A stretch of 55,780 nucleotides of DNA from an uncultured Candidatus Saccharibacteria bacterium (GTDB taxonomy: Bacteria > Patescibacteriota > Minisyncoccia > Phycocordibacterales > UBA12088), in contig CAZWNC010000006.1 in NCBI GenBank assembly GCA_964635195.1, positions 1 through 55,780 on the forward strand. The letters are read 5' to 3'. The notes below the pieces were generated by a model, which saw nothing but the letters and a program-made list of their open reading frames with translations, was not told where the DNA came from and searched no databases. The stretch's first letter is position 1; each line of letters starts with the position of its first letter. Shown here in pieces: positions 1 through 9,071 of this stretch. The translations under genes and the position numbers were made by a program.

Positions 1-518
1 CGCACCACCTCACCGTCAACACTTATTGCTGTCGGCTCATACTCCATGTCAGATACAGCTATACCAAGCACCTGACCGGACTGCGTCCCTTCAAAACGTT
101 GCCCTAAGCCAATAACCCTCGAACTCGCAACCAAATCTCCCGCACGCAATTCACCATTTATCGTACTGGCATTCACCTCAACCTCCCCATAACGCACCAC
201 GGGATATGCATTATCGATAGATTCATCGTAACCGTAAAGCACAGGGTTTAAGACTATCACACCGTACACGTGGGGATCATTGGAGATGCGTGTTAATTCA
301 TATTCTCTAAGTGTTGGATTGTATGATACGAGGTCTCCATCATGAACTTCCTCTCCTGCACGCAATGTAATCGGAGTCGCCAGTGTACCGACAGCAGCGC
401 TGCGCGCAGTAGACGAGGCTTGCACTTGCTGTGCTTGTCCGTAACATTGTGTGGGTGAATATAATAACACCACCAATGTGGCACATAGAATCACGCGGTA
501 CCTCGAACGAACTATCAT
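1..518 (-). CDS. hypothetical secreted protein (3' end runs off the window)
   Basis: The minus-strand frame is open from the ATG at 518 to the window edge. It is absent from the ORF track because no stop lies in the window. The N-terminus MIVRSRYRVILCATLVVLLYSPTQCYGQAQ looks like a signal peptide. No family recognised. Confidence 0.45.
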   Translation of the reverse strand, partial: MIVRSRYRVILCATLVVLLYSPTQCYGQAQQVQASSTARSAAVGTLATPITLRAGEEVHDGDLVSYNPTLREYELTRISNDPHVYGVIVLNPVLYGYDESIDNAYPVVRYGEVEVNASTINGELRAGDLVASSRVIGLGQRFEGTQSGQVLGIAVSDMEYEPTAISVDGEVV

Positions 519-609
519 GCGTACAGTATACCAGGCACAGCGAATATCACAGGGCATTGGGACTGTGTATTGTGGATAGGTGAGACTACTTTGTAGTGAC
601 TGAAAAAAA

Positions 610-1530
610 TCAGATTAGGAGGTACACGAGAAATCCTATGAGTAAAAAAGAAACAATAAGTAGTATGCCTATACCTTTTCGAGATGCACCCGCGTAAGCA
701 CGTGGATGCATCTCAAACTCTCGACTCTCTTCAAGTGCACGTTTTGGTGTTGATTTTCTTTGCGGAGTATTCTTAAGCAAGATACCATCTGAAACCATTG
801 CACTAGCGGATGAACGTACACGAGGTGCATTTTGAGACGATTGTTTACGCAATAAAAACGAATCATCTTCTCGCTCACCTCGAAGACCTGCACTCATTCC
901 AGAATCAAGTCGCGAAGAACCCTTCATTTCGCTCTGCAGAGGCTTCCTGTGTGCAAGATGCACGGTGTGAGACCCTTCACCATGGTCCAACCCCTCGTAT
1001 CCATAGGGAGTCATTTGTTCGAACTGGACTCTCGCTCGAAGCAATTCATTTTTCGCATGTGTTACATTGTGTCGAAGCGTCTGAGCTGGTACCTCGGACG
1101 AATAGGAAATGGACTTATTGAAAGAAGGAGCAGAATACCTGGTGACCAAATCATCCTGCGAATCATTCTCTGTTGCAGAACTATCTGACGCCGCACCAGA
1201 TACGAGATTTTGAACCTGCACATCGTCTGTACTGAAAGAATCTATATTCTTAATAGTTTTATTTATAGAATTTAAATTCTCGTCCAAAGTAATATGCGGT
1301 GGGTCGTTTCGTTTTTTGGGCTTTGTTAACTCGTAGTGCACACTGAGCTTATGTGCACGAATAGAATCTTCCGTAATGTACCAACCCCTCCCGACCAGTT
1401 TGGCATCGAGCTTACCCGCCCTGGCAAGCTGACCAACGTAATCCTTTGTGTATCCGACAAGCTTTGCCGCACGAGCTGAGGGCAAGTATTGTTTTCCACC
1501 TATCTCTACTACGTCTTCTTGTGCCATCAC
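610..1530 (-). CDS. excisionase/MerR-like HTH DNA-binding protein with C-terminal transmembrane anchor
   Basis: The N-terminus VEIGGKQYLPSARAAKLVGYTKDYVGQLARAGKLDAKLVGRGWYI fits the short HTH_17/excisionase-type motif. A long S/E/R-rich low-complexity linker follows. The terminal segment GIGILLIVSFLLIGFLVYLLI is a hydrophobic helix. Confidence 0.6.
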   Translation of the reverse strand: MMAQEDVVEIGGKQYLPSARAAKLVGYTKDYVGQLARAGKLDAKLVGRGWYITEDSIRAHKLSVHYELTKPKKRNDPPHITLDENLNSINKTIKNIDSFSTDDVQVQNLVSGAASDSSATENDSQDDLVTRYSAPSFNKSISYSSEVPAQTLRHNVTHAKNELLRARVQFEQMTPYGYEGLDHGEGSHTVHLAHRKPLQSEMKGSSRLDSGMSAGLRGEREDDSFLLRKQSSQNAPRVRSSASAMVSDGILLKNTPQRKSTPKRALEESREFEMHPRAYAGASRKGIGILLIVSFLLIGFLVYLLI

Positions 1531-1774
1531 GTTACAGTATACTGCAGTCTACTCACACTCGACATCTGTACAATCGGTCAATGTCTGTGGATAACTCGTA
1601 CAGAAAAGAATTTAGCTCTTGCAACGGTACGACGAGGCAGTCACGTCTGAACGATACCTATGTTGACTACTCAATCGTGACTGACGGCCTTTGTTTGCCA
1701 GTAAAGACGAGAGATTGACTTATGTTGTTTGTGTCTCTGCTCAGAGTCTCAGACATATTTGGGGTACCATCCTT

Positions 1775-3205
1775 CTACCTTCTTGATTCGAGTACGTTTT
1801 TCAGCTTCTTGCGAAGAAGCTCCGGATTCACTGATCCCCGGGTGATGCGCATACCGTGTCCCACAAGAAACTCAAAGGCCTGTTCCTTACCCGCAAGATA
1901 CTCCTCTGTAACTGTCTGTTGGTCAGACAGAATTGTCTCAACGATTTTATCAACCTGAGCATCATCAGAAACCTGCACCACATGGAGTCTCTCGGCAATG
2001 ACTGCGGGATCATCACTGTTTTTCACCCACTCTTCCAGTACAATCTTTGCACCACGAGAGGATAGTGTCCCACTTGCAATCATGTTAATCAGCTTTGCAA
2101 ACATTGCACGGTCTAGCTGTAGAAGTGCTGCCCCGCCTTCTTGCACACCTGAGAAATGGCTCCATAGATCGGTCGTGATGTAATTTATACAGAGTAGACG
2201 AGACTTCTCATCTTCAAGCAGTTGATGAACTTCTTCATAGAATGTACGTATCTCATCATTTGAAACGAGTAACTCGACCACATGCTCAGGGAGTCCCATG
2301 GAAACATACTTTGCCCTAACATCCCAAGGAAGTGCTGTATGTAATTCCTCACGTAAATTAGTTTGCATGAGCGAGATATCGCTCATTTTGAACTTCGGTA
2401 TGTCCGGATCAGGATAGTAGCGGTAGTCGTGCGAATCCTCCTTAAGTCGCTGTGCGACTGTTTTTTGTTTACTTTCGTCCCAACCACGAGTTTCCTGCCT
2501 CACCTGTGCGCCAGACTGAATCACTTCCCGCTGTCGACGAATCTCGTACTCAATCGCACTTCCGAGCGCTCGGAATGAATTAAGATTTTTTACTTCGACT
2601 TTTGTTCCAAAGACCTCAGCACCCTCTGTAGCCAGCGATATATTTGCCTCGACTCGCATTTCACCCTTTTCAAGATTTGCGTTACTAACGTTAAGATATC
2701 TGAGACAAAGTCTGAAATCTCGTGCAAACGAGATAGCTGTTTCTGAAGAATGTATGACGGGCTCTGTTACAAGCTCGAGCAGGGGGACTCCTGCTCGATT
2801 GAAATCGATGAGACTTGCGTCTGTCGTGTGTGCAGATCGTGCAGTGTCCTCTTCAAGGTGAATACGTGTGATACTGACTCCACCTAGCACTCCCCCGGAA
2901 ACAAGTGGGTGCTTGTATTGACTGATCTGATATCCTTTGGGTATATCAGGGTAGAAGTAATTTTTTCGGTCAAATTCCGTGTAATCCGCAAGTGTGCCCC
3001 CCAACGCCTTCCCTACACGCAACACCTGTTCGATTGCGTAGGCATTGACAGTAGGGAGCGTGCCGGGGTGTCCCATACATACAGGGCAGATGTATGAGTT
3101 TTGACTGCCTGCATGAGGGTCATTCGTGCAACCGCAAAACATTTTGCTTTTTGTTCGTAATTCCGCATGAATTTCTAGTCCTATAGTAGGTACGAGGTTG
3201 TTCAT
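1775..3205 (-). CDS. gatB: Asp-tRNA(Asn)/Glu-tRNA(Gln) amidotransferase subunit B
   Basis: 476 aa. It has the typical GatB N-terminus PTIGLEIHAEL...MFCGC...CPVCMGHPGTLP, a full-length body and a C-terminal YqeY-like tail. Confidence 0.95.
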   Translation of the reverse strand: MNNLVPTIGLEIHAELRTKSKMFCGCTNDPHAGSQNSYICPVCMGHPGTLPTVNAYAIEQVLRVGKALGGTLADYTEFDRKNYFYPDIPKGYQISQYKHPLVSGGVLGGVSITRIHLEEDTARSAHTTDASLIDFNRAGVPLLELVTEPVIHSSETAISFARDFRLCLRYLNVSNANLEKGEMRVEANISLATEGAEVFGTKVEVKNLNSFRALGSAIEYEIRRQREVIQSGAQVRQETRGWDESKQKTVAQRLKEDSHDYRYYPDPDIPKFKMSDISLMQTNLREELHTALPWDVRAKYVSMGLPEHVVELLVSNDEIRTFYEEVHQLLEDEKSRLLCINYITTDLWSHFSGVQEGGAALLQLDRAMFAKLINMIASGTLSSRGAKIVLEEWVKNSDDPAVIAERLHVVQVSDDAQVDKIVETILSDQQTVTEEYLAGKEQAFEFLVGHGMRITRGSVNPELLRKKLKNVLESRR

Positions 3206-3808
3206 AGGGGGGGGTGGGTGGTTAGGTTTTTGCTTACAATTTACACCATACCGTAGTATGGGCTTACGAGCAACTTTTTTTCCTCATCTCAGCCTGTGTG
3301 ACGATGCAAGTATAGCTAGATAATCCAAATCTATATCAAAAAATGTACTAGATAGAGACTGACCCCCGACCACGTGTACTGCCGGTACCCTTTTTAGTAA
3401 CGAGCACAGCTCCAGCAACAATATCGCACGGTCGTAGTATCTCGTAATGGACAGGGATGCCGTATCCTTGCGTGCAGATAGCTTGGGAGTTTTAAAATAC
3501 ACACTCAGTAATTCAGTCGAGACACGGTACGTTTCGTACCCCCCCCCCCTCAATAACCCAACGCACATCTATCTGTTGGCAGAGATTGCTGTTTGGTGCG
3601 AGTTAGCGGAATTTCAGAGTCTCGGCCGTGTACTTGTTGAGGGGTGTAGAGGTTGTAGAGTCTCGAGAGGATGCCTGCCTTTACTTTCAATACATGAACA
3701 GTCAGTCTGTGTACTTGCCAGCGGTGAATTGTGGCCATTCAAACTATATCTCGCAAAGAGAAGTAACCTGCAAACTCTTTACTCTCGACGCTGACAGACA
3801 TCTCGACA

Positions 3809-4798
3809 CTACCGCGTGTCGATACTAGTGAGGGTATCTAAAAATATCTTTGGTAGTCGAGCAATAGTCTCCGGTTCAAGTATTGAAATAGAGGTGACGA
3901 CTTTTTTTCCAGTGACTTTCTCAAAGTCTGAAACCGCCTTTTCAAGTTCGTCACGAGAAATTGTGTCTGTTTTTGTAAATACTACCAATTCCGGTTTTAT
4001 TGCAATTTCTCCATGTTCATACTCGGCAATTTCTCTTCTAACAACGAGATAATCGTCAACCGGAGTGCCTCGTTCGAGCGAGATACAATGAGCTACAACT
4101 CTTGTCCTTGAAATATGGCGGAGAAACTTCTGTCCCAAGCCCTTACCTTCATGCGCACCGTCAATAAGGCCCGGAATATCCGCAATCACAAAGCCGCCAC
4201 AAACTCCAAGATTTGGAGAAAGCGTAGTAAACGGGTATGGAGCAACCTTTGCTCTTGCATTACTCAGCTCATTCAGCAGGCTGCTTTTACCCGCATTTGG
4301 CAGACCGATAAGCCCTATGTCAGCAATAAGTCTCAGTTCAACATGAAATACCCCCTGCTCTCCGATCTCCCCTTTTGTGCACTCGTAGGGCGCACGATTT
4401 TGTGCACTCTTGAAACTTTCGTTACCCTTACCACCTCGACCACCTCGCAGGAGATTCAGTATCGCTCCGTCCTCCAGCAGCTCCCACGATTTACCTGTCT
4501 CCGTATTTGTGATGATTGACCCAAGAGGTAGGTCGATCACAAGATCGGCACCGTCAGCTCCAGTGCAAGAATTTGAGCCTCCATCCTCACCTTGTTCTGC
4601 GCCATATGATCGTATGTGACAAATTCTGCTCAGTTTAAATACATCTCGGATCGCACGAACACAAAAATCACCTCCGCGCCCACCATTTCCGCCCGCAGGT
4701 CCCCCGTTTGGAAGAAATTTCTCCCTTCTCCACCGCACAACACCATCACCACCCTTCCCTGCGTGTGCTGTAAAATTATAAGTATCAACTAAAGCCAT
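3809..4798 (-). CDS. obg: GTPase Obg/CgtA
   Basis: Glycine-rich Obg fold (GKGGDGVV, GGPAGGNGGRGGD). G1 motif GLPNAGKSS and G3 motif DIPGLI are present. Confidence 0.95.
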   Translation of the reverse strand: MALVDTYNFTAHAGKGGDGVVRWRREKFLPNGGPAGGNGGRGGDFCVRAIRDVFKLSRICHIRSYGAEQGEDGGSNSCTGADGADLVIDLPLGSIITNTETGKSWELLEDGAILNLLRGGRGGKGNESFKSAQNRAPYECTKGEIGEQGVFHVELRLIADIGLIGLPNAGKSSLLNELSNARAKVAPYPFTTLSPNLGVCGGFVIADIPGLIDGAHEGKGLGQKFLRHISRTRVVAHCISLERGTPVDDYLVVRREIAEYEHGEIAIKPELVVFTKTDTISRDELEKAVSDFEKVTGKKVVTSISILEPETIARLPKIFLDTLTSIDTR

Positions 4799-4802
4799 AG
4801 TG

Positions 4803-5132
4803 TTATTTTTTTCCTACCAACCAACTTGCAACCGAGACAACGAGGGAACCGAAGAGTGCTGGAATGAAGCCGGCAACCACAAATCCTTCAACGAACGTGC
4901 CCACAAACCAAAAAAGTCCCGCGTTTAAAACAAAAACAAAGAGTCCCATGGTTATGATGGTAATCGGCAGCGTAAGAACCATGAGCACCGGACGAACCAA
5001 AAGGTTAAGAAGACCCAGAAGTATGGCAACCACACATGCGGTATAAAAACTATCCACACTTATTCCCGGCACTATATAACTCGCCACAAAAAGAGCAAGT
5101 ACGACCGCAAGGAGATGTGTCACTAGTCGCAT
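4803..5132 (-). CDS. phage holin family 4 / DUF360 (YvlD-like) membrane protein
   Basis: Multi-TM protein. The segment LNLLVRPVLMVLTLPITIITMGLFVFVLNAGLFW is typical of PF04020. The likely start is MRLVTH at 5132, not the ORF-track start at 5210. Confidence 0.65.
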   Translation of the reverse strand: MRLVTHLLAVVLALFVASYIVPGISVDSFYTACVVAILLGLLNLLVRPVLMVLTLPITIITMGLFVFVLNAGLFWFVGTFVEGFVVAGFIPALFGSLVVSVASWLVGKK

Positions 5133-5493
5133 AGTATCTTCTCTGTTACAAACATCCGCACTGCGGACACCAATAATATTACACAAATGACAATATATTG
5201 ACGTAATCAAATGTTCGTTGCTCTATACTACTATTATTACGTCAAGATAGCAAGCGTTGTGATTGTCTCAACCGCCATCTTGAGCTGATTGTATCACCAA
5301 GAAGAACTGGATGCGAGGCATACGTAGATGCGTGGACAGAGTGTCCCGTGTAGTAAAATCGTTTACTTGATGCCGGACGCTCCTCTCTCTCCTCCTTCGG
5401 TACATACATTACATACTTCAGTCAGGCGCTGACTCACCCGGTCTACCAGCGTATTACAAATCCCACCGCCCTTTTCTCACATGCATCTTTTGC

Positions 5494-5535
5494 AAAAAAT
5501 TCCGCTCGCCGTAACAATGGTAGGCGAGCGGAATT
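5494..5535 (-). terminator. rho-independent terminator downstream of lysS
   Basis: Perfect 13-bp stem AATTCCGCTCGCC / GGCGAGCGGAATT (5498-5510 / 5523-5535). On the minus strand it is followed by TTTTTT (5494-5499). Confidence 0.7.
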
Positions 5536-5603
5536 GTTAGTTCAAAGGCAGCGTATGGAAGCGAAAGTATTCAAGGATTGTAGACTAACCTAAGTAGAAA
5601 CGG

Positions 5604-7112
5604 TCAGCAGGAACTGGGCCTTAAGAGTGGGAAGAGGACTACGTCGCGGAGATTCGGTTGTCGAGTAAGTAGCGCGACCATACGGTCTATTCCCATACCC
5701 CAACCAGAGGCAGGTGGCATACCGTGCTCAAGTGCAACAACAAAATCTGCATCTTTTGACATAGCATCGGCATCACCATGCGCACGCGCCCTCATCTGCT
5801 CGACGAAACGCTGCTCTTGCAGCAAGGGATCAGCAAGCTCGCTGTAAGCGTTTACTATTTCCCACCCATTTACTACCAACTGAAAACGATCAACAACAAG
5901 AGGATTATTGTCATTCGGACGCGCAAGAGGTGACAGATCAACCGGGTGCTCTGTAATAAATGTCGGATGTATGAGCTTAGGACGAGAAACTTTTTTATAC
6001 AAAGCATCTATAAGATTACCCCGACCAAGTCGTTCAGTTGACTCGAGCGTGATGCATGTTTGAGCAATAGCAGAACGAAGAGAATCAGCGGTCTCGTGTG
6101 TAGCGATATCGATTCCACAATCTTCAATAAGAAGGTCTCGAAATGTAACAACACGGTATGGGGGTTTGAAGTCAACTTCGATTTCGTTGTCATCACGACT
6201 CAAGGTCGACACTTTTGTTGAACCAAGTAACTTCGAAATAATGAAAGAGAGCATTTCCTCAGTAAAGCGCATGTTGTCGACATAATCCCAATACGCAGCA
6301 TAGTGTTCCAGCATGGTAAACTCCTGCAAATGACTGGAATCCATACCCTCGTTCCGAAAGACCTTACCTATTTCAAAAACTCGTTCGAAGCCCCCAACAA
6401 GTGCTTGTTTCAGAAAAAGCTCCGGGGCAATGCGTAGGTGTACATCAAGGTCAAGGGCGTTGTAATGCGTTTTAAATGGCTGTGCAAGTGCCCCGGAGGC
6501 TCCTACAGCAAGAATCGGTGTCTCAAGCTCAATGAAATCTCGTGAAGAGTAAAACTCACGAAGTGTCTGTATAAACTTGCTTCTGAAGAGAAACCGTTCC
6601 CTGGTTTCTTCATTGGTAATGAGGTCAAGATACCGCTTCCGATATTTAATCTCGACATCTTTTAATCCATGCCATTTCTCAGGCAACGGACGTAGTGCCT
6701 TACTGAGCATGGTCACTTCGCGGGCTAACAGAGACACCTCGCCTTTTTTGGTCACAAAACGAGTCCCAGACACTCCCACCATATCTCCCACTGAAAGTGT
6801 TTCAACCAACTGCCGAAATACATCTTCAGGAAGACCTTCCTCGCCGACACGAATGACAACCTGAATTGTACCGGAAAAGTCCTGGAGGTCGGTAAACACC
6901 ATCTTGCCCATATCACGAAAGCGCGTGAGTCTGCCGGCGGTCATGACCTCCGTTTCGTCAGGAGCCTCCCGAGCTTCTGATATAGCATGCGTGCGTCGGT
7001 ACATACTCGCGTAACCCTGCACACCCCGAGCACGTAAGAGCTCCAGTTTCTTCAATCTGTCAGACCGTTCTTCATGCGTTGTATGTTGTTGGTTTTTTTC
7101 TTCCATGCGCAA
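5604..7112 (-). CDS. lysS: lysine--tRNA ligase, class II
   Basis: 502 aa. N-terminal OB anticodon-binding domain, class II motifs (FRNEGMD, GWGMGIDRMVALL). Ends with TGA. Confidence 0.95.
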   Translation of the reverse strand: MRMEEKNQQHTTHEERSDRLKKLELLRARGVQGYASMYRRTHAISEAREAPDETEVMTAGRLTRFRDMGKMVFTDLQDFSGTIQVVIRVGEEGLPEDVFRQLVETLSVGDMVGVSGTRFVTKKGEVSLLAREVTMLSKALRPLPEKWHGLKDVEIKYRKRYLDLITNEETRERFLFRSKFIQTLREFYSSRDFIELETPILAVGASGALAQPFKTHYNALDLDVHLRIAPELFLKQALVGGFERVFEIGKVFRNEGMDSSHLQEFTMLEHYAAYWDYVDNMRFTEEMLSFIISKLLGSTKVSTLSRDDNEIEVDFKPPYRVVTFRDLLIEDCGIDIATHETADSLRSAIAQTCITLESTERLGRGNLIDALYKKVSRPKLIHPTFITEHPVDLSPLARPNDNNPLVVDRFQLVVNGWEIVNAYSELADPLLQEQRFVEQMRARAHGDADAMSKDADFVVALEHGMPPASGWGMGIDRMVALLTRQPNLRDVVLFPLLRPSSC

Positions 7113-7280
7113 GTGAATACTTAAATAAATGCTGCCATACTAGGCCTTAAATGAACCGAATAAGCATAACCAATGTATACCATACAATACCATACAAAAA
7201 CCACCGTGACTTGGTTTGTCCTAAGTAACTACTAAAACCATTCCGGACTACGTGGCGGTTGAAAATTGGCACGCGACCTT

Positions 7281-7928
7281 CTATTGCTCTCCGCACTTAC
7301 TCTCGCACACAAATGCGTTATCCGGATCATTAGGAAAATCGTTTTCGCATTTCTGAACACAGGATTTACATCTAGAAAACTTTGGATTTTCAATTTGCTG
7401 ACACGCACCATTCACTTGGCCACACTGTGCATACTGTCGGCACGTATCACCCAACTGATACATCATCGTGCATACCTCGGCTGGTTTTCCACAGACTATA
7501 TCTAAACCATGACAGTTTTCTATCCCGCAACTATCTGATACCGGTGGTTCGGAAATCGAAGGTGTTGCTGGATCCGCTTGAGCGGGAGGAACAAGACCAG
7601 TACAACGCCAGTTAATCTCGACACTTTGTGTCTCTTCGCTCACGACACATGCTGGATTACATCCCTCTCGCGTCGCATTAAGGTTTGCATCAAACCACCA
7701 CGTTTTAGAATTCGGATTATATGTACCGCCACCTGAAAGCGCATCCCCTCCCTTAATACAAGATGCCTCAGCCAGAATCCGAGCTTCTTTTTCCGTAAGC
7801 ACATTGGAGGTATCCGGCTTTTCGCCGACCTCAATTTTATGGCTGTTCCAAATAAAAAAACCTCCTGAGACAAGGATAAGTGTAGCAATGACCGCTATGA
7901 CACTACTGTGTAAATTTTGATTATTCAT
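7281..7928 (-). CDS. cysteine-rich secreted/membrane-anchored hypothetical protein
   Basis: N-terminal signal-anchor VIAVIATLILVSGGFFIW. The C-terminal ~90 aa carries about 16 Cys in CxxxC/CxxC-like spacing. No family recognised. Confidence 0.5.
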   Translation of the reverse strand: MNNQNLHSSVIAVIATLILVSGGFFIWNSHKIEVGEKPDTSNVLTEKEARILAEASCIKGGDALSGGGTYNPNSKTWWFDANLNATREGCNPACVVSEETQSVEINWRCTGLVPPAQADPATPSISEPPVSDSCGIENCHGLDIVCGKPAEVCTMMYQLGDTCRQYAQCGQVNGACQQIENPKFSRCKSCVQKCENDFPNDPDNAFVCESKCGEQ

Positions 7929-7940
7929 ACGTGTATTATA

Positions 7941-8540
7941 TTAAAAGTTTATTTTTTGAGTAAATGCTCGCTGCTTCATTATGATATTAGTAACACTCTT
8001 TGGAACAATTTCCAACTCGTTCAGTCCAAGTTCATGAATCAGTAGATTTCTAATTTTAGCCTTGCTGGTTTCTTCCTTGCCCGGTATACACATAATTTCA
8101 ACTTCGATAGCACCACCAAAGTCAGTGATTTCTTCCACCAAAATTTTCATGCCATCAAATTCATATGTGTGACGGTGCTTCTCTAACTCAAAGAAAGGCT
8201 TGAATTCAGTTGTCGCCAAAATGAGTGCTGCCTCGCGAAAATTTTCAATCTTAACCTCATGTTCCTCCCACGCATTATGGTCACCCTCAGTTGTGATAGT
8301 TTTAGTATTAAGACTCACAACCTCGTTATCACCCGTACGGGCTACACGCAAACGAAGACTGTATGAACCTACTGCATCCATCTCAACATCCGCTACCGTA
8401 GCCGCTTTTTTATCACAAAAATAAACGTCTTTCAGGTAAGAAGATTTTTTATACTCAGCGCCTTTTTGCTTCAGTTTTTCTTGAAATCTCTTAGGGTCTG
8501 CGATCAACGCCCGAAATTCCACTTCTATATATTTTCCCAT
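7941..8540 (-). CDS. CYTH-domain protein (class IV adenylate cyclase / triphosphatase family)
   Basis: 199 aa. N-terminal IEVEFRA (ExExK-type strand), later EHEV and IEVEI acidic strands, and a size typical of CyaB/CYTH proteins. Confidence 0.65.
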   Translation of the reverse strand: MGKYIEVEFRALIADPKRFQEKLKQKGAEYKKSSYLKDVYFCDKKAATVADVEMDAVGSYSLRLRVARTGDNEVVSLNTKTITTEGDHNAWEEHEVKIENFREAALILATTEFKPFFELEKHRHTYEFDGMKILVEEITDFGGAIEVEIMCIPGKEETSKAKIRNLLIHELGLNELEIVPKSVTNIIMKQRAFTQKINF

Positions 8541-8611
8541 ACACCGTTATTCTATCACTAAATGTTACTTTAATGATATGAAACGATATGATATTTCGTA
8601 CCAGCTCTACT

Positions 8612-8699
8612 TGGCGGAGGGTATGAGATTCGAACTCATGAGAGGTTTCCCCCTACTCGCTTTCCAAGCGAGCGCACTCGACCACTATGCGAACCCTCC
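8612..8699 (-). tRNA. tRNA-Ser (anticodon GGA), CCA encoded
   Basis: The reverse complement GGAGGGT..GCA/TGC D-stem..CTCGC-TTGGAAA-GCGAG..long variable arm..ATGAG-TTCGAAT-CTCAT..ACCCTCC-G-CCA folds as a class II cloverleaf. Anticodon is GGA. Confidence 0.9.
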
Positions 8700-8956
8700 T
8701 TACTTCACTTGCTCAAGCCTTCCAGTACTCATGTAAGTACTGCTTGAAATGCTATGGAAGTATACCACAAGAGAATGGCGGCGTCAGTTTTTTTTTACAT
8801 CCACAGGACTTATGCATTTGGATGAAGTTCGCGAAGCCAAGGAGCAATACCGGCAAGCAATATCGAGATATATTGTGAGCCGGTTTGCGACGCGGGCGAC
8901 AAAGAAATTCGCCACATGCGTAAGTCCTATCCACAATAGTATGCATGTACCACTTT

Positions 8957-9000
8957 AAAAAATACTAGTACTAGTTATGTAACCAGTACTAGTATTTTTT
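8957..9000. terminator. bidirectional terminator hairpin downstream of nrdJ
   Basis: Perfect 16-bp inverted repeat AAAAAATACTAGTACT / AGTACTAGTATTTTTT. A/T runs lie on both sides. Confidence 0.7.
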
Positions 9001-9071
9001 AAATTACATCCTCGAAGACCCGTACTTCTCATCGAGCCGAGCATGAGTCGGTCATTGCGAACAGCCCGATT

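Noticed and set aside
293-484. 63-aa ORF from the track
   Set aside because: It lies out of frame inside the longer open frame that starts at 518 and runs off the window. That longer frame has a credible signal peptide.
5604-5606. Alternative genetic code (UGA read as Gly, as in some CPR lineages)
   Set aside because: lysS ends at a natural C-terminus with TGA. Long housekeeping genes show no in-frame TGA interruptions in the track. The standard bacterial code fits.
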